Source: Rebecca billardiae RCC1528 (taxonomy: Eukaryota; Protista; Haptophyta). From it: a DNA stretch of 64,000 nucleotides. Shown one piece after another: positions 58,757-64,000 of the stretch; the first letter of the stretch is position 1, and each line of letters opens with the position of its first letter. The DNA is taken from the NCBI GenBank assembly GCA_965240325.2, contig OZ251251.1:907389-971388 (forward strand), written 5' to 3'. A program made the position numbers and the translations under genes. The notes below the pieces were generated by a model that saw only the letters and a list, made by a program, of their open reading frames with translations, was not told the origin of the DNA and searched no databases.

Positions 58757-59390
58757 CACGTCGGCCGATGCACCGCGTACGGCCTCTGGGTCCGCCGCTG
58801 AGGGCCACGGTACCCGCTCGGCCTGCCGTGTGCCACTGGCGCGGCGCCGCCCGCCCGCGTCAGTCACTTCAGGCGCGGCTCCAACCAGCCGTGAAGCGCC
58901 ACGCTGTGGCGGCCCACCAGGCCGGTAATTGGGAGTGTCCTCGCGGTTGCGGCTCGCCCGGGGGTCTCTGCGGCCGGTCACGTCGGCCGATGCCCCACGT
59001 ACTGGCTCTGGGGCCGTCGCTGAGGGCCACCGCACCAGCTCTGCCCGCCGTGTGCCACTGAGTCTGACCTAGCTCGGCGCCCGCGGGCGCGGCTCCAACC
59101 AGCCGCGACGCGCACGCTGTGGCGGCCCATCAGGCCGGTAATTGGGAGTGTCCTCGCGGTTGCGGCTCGCCCGGGGGTCTCTGCGGCCGGCCACGTCGGC
59201 CGATGCCCCGTGTACTGGCTCTGGGTCCGTCGCTGAGGGCCACCGTACCCGCTCGGCCTGCCATGCGCCGCACTGCCGCGAGCCCTGCCCGCCGCGGCTC
59301 CAGTCGTCAGCAGCGGATCTCACATTGTGGCGGGCCACCACGCTGGTCTTTGGGAGTGCCCTCGCGGTTGCCACTCACTCGGGGTCTCGT
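58757..59390. repeat. ~3 tandem copies of a ~213-222-bp unit
   Basis: CACGTCGGCCGATGC at 58757, 58979 and 59192; GGCCGGTAATTGGGAGTGTCCTCGCGGTTGC is repeated. Confidence 0.85.
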
Positions 59391-60657
59391 CCAAGTGCGC
59401 CGCGCACGTACGGCCCGGCCCGGTAGCGCTGATCCGCTGCCTCAATCGCCTCCCGAGCCGGTCCGACAGCACCCGGAGGCGCGCCGGGCCGCCAAACGGC
59501 CACACGTGAGCGCTGCGCACGGGTTTGCCGACCCAGCGCCTCGCACCGGTCGAAGCTGCCTTCGCGCCGGGCCCCCATCGTCCACCTCGTCTTCTCTGGC
59601 TCCGGTGAGCAGCAGCTGAGGAATGCCCAGCATACGCCCTTGCTGCCCTTGCGCAGGTGCTGGCGGTCGACTGGCGTCACGCTCGGCGCATGTGAAGCGA
59701 GGGGTTGGCGTGCGGCACTGGCGCGTTACACCGAGATGGGCCGACCCACGCGCGCCCACGCCCGCGCTGCCTGCCGCACCGGCCGGATGCACCGCTCGTG
59801 CGTTGCCATGCTCGACGGCCGCGGCGGCTGGCGGACCGGTGCGGGCTGTCGCGTGCGCGCGCGCGCGCTCGGCGCGGCGCCCTTGGCGGGCGGGCGGCGG
59901 GCGCAGGAGTGTGCGATGGAGTGGCTGCGCCGCTCCCGCGCCACTGCGCGGGGCCGCGTGCGCGCGCTCGCGCGCAGCACGCTCTCTCCTCGTCAGCGTG
60001 CGCACTGCTCGATGGGCGTGCGGTCGTGCCCGGCGCGCGGCGCGTGCGTTGGGCGCGGTGGCGCGGGCGGGTGCGCACCGGGCGCCGCGGGCGGTGTGTG
60101 CGTGCGCAGGCCTTCGTGCCCGCGCGACGGCGCGCGCGGTCGACCTGGCATCGCAGGAAGGGGCGATGGCGCATGCAGCCTCGCCCCGCTGTCGAGGCGG
60201 CGCCGCCATCGTCCGCCTGCTCGACGCCTTTTCCAGGCCGCGCATTTCGCGACGCCCCATTTGGGTTCTTAGTTTCTCGCCAAGATGGCCGACGGCCGCA
60301 CGGGCGCACGAGCACGTCGCCTCGCCGCAGCGACGGGCGCGGCAAGAGGGCGCGAGGGCGCGCTGCGCGGCGGGCACGCGGCGTGCAGCGGTATGCGTGG
60401 TGTCCAGCTCATCGCGTGCTGGCGCGCACGCTGCAGTTGCGAAGGCGCGGCCGCGGCGACGGCTCGCGGTCGGCAGGCGTCGCGTTCGCGTGTTGCGGCC
60501 GCGCGTGAAGCGGGCCGGCGCGCGGCCGGCGCACCGCGGGCTGGCGCGGAGCACACTGTCACACGCAGACGGCCAGTGGCGTGCACGCGCGCGCGCGCGC
60601 TGGCTGCCACGCCGGCCAGGGGCGCCGCGCGCATGTTGCCACGCGCGACGGCCCAGT

Positions 60658-60685
<28 letters not shown>
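60658..60685 (+). repeat. G28 homopolymer (G-quadruplex-prone)
   Basis: Read directly. The paralogous site near 44326 has only a short G run. Confidence 0.85.
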
Positions 60686-60688
<3 letters not shown>

Positions 60689-60915
60689 TCGCCCGTCGCG
60701 CGCGCGCGCCGCGCGCCGCGGACGGGCGGGCGGCGTGCGCACGCGCGCGCGTGCTCGCAAAACCAGCGTGTGGGCGAGCGGGCGGCTGCTCTGCTCCAGG
60801 CTCGCAGGTGGTGGCAAGAGCGCAATGCCCAGAGCGTGGGCAGCACGACGCCAGGCGTGGTGGCTCCGGCCGTGGTAGGCAGGCGGGCCAGCGGCCAGCG
60901 CTAGCACGCGGCCCC

Positions 60916-62813
60916 GCGGCGCAACTTAGCGACGAGCGATGCATGTAATCCACGATCAGGGTGGGTTGGACGGGTGAGCGCAGCCCGAGCGGCGGAGGCC
61001 TCGCCGCACGCCGGCTGTAGCAGCAGCGTTGCTTCCGCGAGCCGCCTCAGCCTGTCAGAAGCAGCTGACGACCGGCCGGGCCCGCGGCCGTCGGCTGCGG
61101 GCGGCTCGCACGAGCCCAAGCGGCGCAACTTAGCGACGAGCGAGGCATCTAATCCAAGATCGGGGTGGGTTGGACGGGTGAGCGCAGCCTGAGTGGCGGA
61201 GGCCTCGCCCCAGGCCGGCTGTAGCAGCAGCGGCGCTTCCGCGAGCCGCCGGAGTCAGTCAAGGAGCAGCTGACGACCCGCCGGGCCCGCAGCCGTCGGC
61301 TGCGGGCGGCTCGCACGAGCCCAAGCGGCGCAACTTAGCGACGAGCGAGGCATCTAATCCAAGATCGGGGTGGGTTGGACCTGTGAGCGCAGCCTGAGCG
61401 GCGGAGGCCCCGTCTCAAGCCGGCTGGAGCAGCAGCGGCGCTTCCGCGAGCCGCCTCAGCCTGTCAAAAGCAGCTGACGACCGGCCGGGCCCGCGGCCGT
61501 CGGCTGCGGGCTGCTGGCACGTGGCGAAGCGGTGGAACTTAGCGACGAGCGATGCATCTAATCCAAGATCGGGGTGGGTTGGACGGGTGAGCCCAGCCTG
61601 AGTGGTGGAGGCCTCGCCCCAGGCTGGCTGTAGCAGCAGCGGCGCTTCCGCGAGCCGCCTGAGCCTGTCAAAAGCAGCTGACGACCGGCCGGGCCCGCGG
61701 CCGTCGGCTGCGGGCGGCTCGCACGAGCCCAAGCGGCGCAACTTAGCGACGAGCGATGCATCTAATCCAAGATCGGGGTGGGTTGGACGGGTGAGCGCAG
61801 CCTGAGCGGCGGAGGCCTCGCCGCACGCCGGCTGTAGCAGCAGCGGCGCTTCCGCGAGCCGCCTGAGCCTGTCAAAAGCAGCTGACGACCGGCCGGGCCC
61901 GCGGCCGTCGGCTGCGGGCGGCTCGCACGAGCCCAAGCGGCGCAACTTAGCGACGAGCGATGCATCTAATCCAAGATCGGGGTGGGTTGGACGGGTGAGC
62001 GCAGCCTGAGCGGCGGAGGCCCCGTCTCAAGCCGGCTGTAGCAGCAGCGGCGCTTCCGCGAGCCGCCTGAGCCTGTCAAAAGCAGCTGACGACCGGCCGG
62101 GCCCGCGGCCGTCGGCTGCGGGCGGCTCGCACGAGCCCAAGCGGCGGCAACTTAGCGACGAGCGATGCATCTAATCCAAGATCGGGGTGGGTTGGACGGG
62201 TGAGCGCAGCCTGAGCGGCGGAGGCCTCGCCCCAGGCTGGCTGTAGCAGCAGCGGCGCTTCCGCGAGCCGCCGGAGTCAGTCAAGGAGCAGCTGACGACC
62301 CGCCGGGCCCGCGGCCGTCGGCTGCGGGCGGCTCGCACGAGTCCAAGCGGCGCAACTTAGCGACGAGCGATGCATCTAATCCAAGATCGGGATGGGTTGG
62401 ACGGGTGAGCGCAGCCTGAGCGGCGGAGGCCTCGCCCCAGGCTGGCTGTAGCAGCAGCGGCGCTTCCGCGAGCCGCCGGAGTCAGTCAAGGAGCAGCTGA
62501 CGACCGGCCGGGCCCGCGGCCGTCGGCTGCGGGCGGCTCGCACGAGCCCAAGCGGCGCAACTTAGCGACGAGCGATGCATCTAATCCAAGATCGGGGTGG
62601 GTTGGGCAGGCGAGCGCAGCCTGAGTGGCGGAGGCCTCGCCCCAGGCCGGCTGGAGCAGCAGCGGCGATTCTGAGAGCCGCCGGAGTCGGCCAGAAGCAG
62701 CTGACGACCGGCCGGGCCCTTAGCGACGAGCGATGCATCTAATCCAAGATCGGGGTGGGTTGGACGGGTGAGCGCAGCCTGAGCGGCGGAGGCCTCGCCC
62801 CGCGCCGGCTGTA
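60916..62813. repeat. Telomere-associated 204/205-bp tandem satellite, ~9.3 copies
   Basis: Unit starts (G[C/G]AACTTAGCGACGAGCGA) at 60921, 61125, 61330, 61534, 61738, 61942, 62147, 62352 and 62557, with a truncated copy from ~62718. Confidence 0.97.
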
Positions 62814-62822
62814 GAAGTATGT

Positions 62823-62935
62823 TTTCTCGAGATTGACCGAGCCAAATTCTCTCAAAATTGGAGGGCCCTTAGCCCTTCCCATTTCCATGGCAGAGCCCAA
62901 GTCTCGTTGAAATCAGTTCGGTCAATCTCGAGAAA
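62823..62935. repeat. Perfect 18-bp inverted repeat around a 77-bp spacer
   Basis: TTTCTCGAGATTGACCGA (62823-62840) / TCGGTCAATCTCGAGAAA (62918-62935). Confidence 0.9.
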
Positions 62936-62956
62936 TTCTCATTTTAGTACTGGCGA

Positions 62957-63232
62957 CCCTAACCACCACCCTAACCCTAACCCTTACCTGCGCCCTAACC
63001 CTTACCTGCGCCCTAACCCTTACCTGCGCCCTAACCCTTACCTGCGCCCTAACCCTTACCTGCGCCCTAACCCTTACCTGCGCCCTAACCCTTACCTGCA
63101 CCCTAACCCTTACCTGCGCCCTAACCCTTACCTGCGCCCTAACCCTTACCTGCGCCCTAACCCTTACCTGCGCCCTAACCCTTACCTGCGCCCTAACCCT
63201 TACCTGCGCCCTAACCCTCACCCTCACCCTCA
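62957..63232 (-). repeat. Inverted telomere-variant array: CCCTAA units, (CCCTAACCCTTACCTGCG)x13, (CCCTCA)x3
   Basis: 18-mers span 62975-63208, with a single G>A variant in the 7th (central) unit. Confidence 0.97.
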
Positions 63233-63393
63233 CATTGTACATTTGGAATGTAAATTGTACATTTGGGGTGCAGTACATTGTACATTCGGAAATGTACATT
63301 GTACATTCGGAATGTACATTGTACATTCGGAAATGCACATTGTACATTCGGAAATGTACATTGTACATTTTGAATGTACTACATTGTACATTC
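63231..63393. repeat. AT-rich ~20-21-bp minisatellite built on the palindrome AATGTACATT (~8 units)
   Basis: Consensus AATGTACATTGTACATTCGG(A). Confidence 0.93.
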
Positions 63394-64000
63394 GGTTAGG
63401 GTTAGGGTTAGGGTTAGGGTTAGGGTTAGGGGTAGGGGTAGGGTTAGGGGTTAGGGGTTAGGGTTAGGGTTAGGGTTAGGGTTAGGGTTAGGGTTAGGGT
63501 TAGGGTTAGGGTTAGGGTTAGGTTAGGGTTAGGGTTAGGGTTAGGGTTAGGGTTAGGGTTAGGGTTAGGGTTAGGGTTAGGGTTAGGGTTAGGGTTAGGG
63601 TTGGGTTAGGTGGGTTAGGTTAGGGTTAGGTAGGTTAGGGTTAGGGTAGGTTAGGGTAGGTTAGGGTTAGGGTTAGGGTTAGGGGGTAGGGGTTAGGTTA
63701 GGGTTAGGGGTTAGGGTTAGGGTTAGGGTAGGGTTAGGTTGGGGGTAGGGTTAGGGTTAGGGTTAGGGTTAGGGTTAGGGTTTAGGTTAGGGTTAGGGTT
63801 AGGGTTAGGGTTTAGGGTAGGGTTAGGGTAGGGTTAGGGTTAGGGTTAGGGTTAGGGTTAGGGTGGGGTTAGGGGTTAGGGGGTTAGGGTTAGGTTTAGG
63901 GTTAGGGTTAGGGTTAGGTGGTTAGGGTTAGGGTTAGGGTTAGGGTTAGGGTTAGGGTGTAGGGTTAGGGTTAGGGTTAGGGTTAGGGTTAGGGTTAGGG
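63394..64000 (+). repeat. Telomere (TTAGGG)n
   Basis: ~600 bp running to the end of the window, with the G-strand pointing outward. Confidence 0.99.

Larger units (their letters stand above)
42085..60900. repeat. Subtelomeric patchwork of diverged direct duplications
   Basis: ~45120-49520 is repeated at ~53740-58580, and ~43130-44400 at ~59530-60760. Partial copies lie at 42085-42440, 50690-52050 and 53500-53730. CCGAGCTCTGCGCGCAGACTTGGCAGCTGTT occurs at ~45989, 47453, 54629 and 56500. Confidence 0.9.

Noticed and set aside
42085-60900. Telomeric retrotransposon or helicase (Y'-like) ORFs
   Set aside because: No RT, endonuclease or helicase motifs were recognised, and frames are not conserved between duplicate copies.
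60916-62813. Hammerhead ribozyme (Penelope/retrozyme-like) in the 204-bp unit
   Set aside because: CTGACGA is present, but no GAAA follows the stem; the motif is instead part of a simple hairpin.
60916-63393. CRISPR-like arrays
   Set aside because: The units are contiguous tandem repeats with no unique spacers and no cas genes, in a eukaryotic subtelomere.
62957-63460. Telomere-telomere fusion scar
   Set aside because: A fusion reads TTAGGG then CCCTAA; here the order is the opposite.
62907-63461. PNPYLR / VRVRAQ repeat proteins
   Set aside because: These are translations of telomere-like repeats.
63520-64000. Irregular telomeric units as evidence of an error-prone telomerase
   Set aside because: Irregularity increases toward the contig end, as expected from low-coverage long-read error; it cannot be resolved without reads.

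Overview
This window is the right-hand end of a eukaryotic nuclear chromosome from a very GC-rich microbial eukaryote. It has short GC-rich introns (mostly GTGCGC...CGCAG, about 93-190 bp) and a (TTAGGG)n telomere. This is consistent with a haptophyte such as Pavlovales/Diacronema, but that is an inference. 1-39 kb is gene-dense, with several head-to-head pairs: a spliced HeH/Rho-N-like coiled-coil protein, a Tpt1 (tRNA 2'-phosphotransferase)-2H phosphoesterase fusion, an orphan carrying a copied 3' end of the TBC1D31 gene, an ependymin/LolA-like secreted protein, a giant low-complexity GAF-like/EFCAB5-like gene, a LIV-1 ZIP transporter, a TylF-like methyltransferase, DUF1764, VID27, an NME8/9-type thioredoxin, COQ9, an ARM-like protein and TBC1D31/WDR67. 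Three non-autonomous TIR elements are visible: a fold-back MULE-like element with a 9-bp TSD, a CAC-terminated element, and a hAT-like element with a 7-bp TSD that carries an orphan ORF. 42-61 kb is a subtelomeric patchwork of direct duplications containing one spliced acidic gene. It is followed by a 204-bp satellite, an 18-bp inverted repeat, an inverted telomere-variant array (CCCTAACCCTTACCTGCG)x13, an AT-rich palindromic minisatellite and the telomere. Most long Arg/Ala-rich ORFs in the track are GC artefacts. No tRNA, rRNA, CRISPR, reverse transcriptase or intact transposase was recognised.
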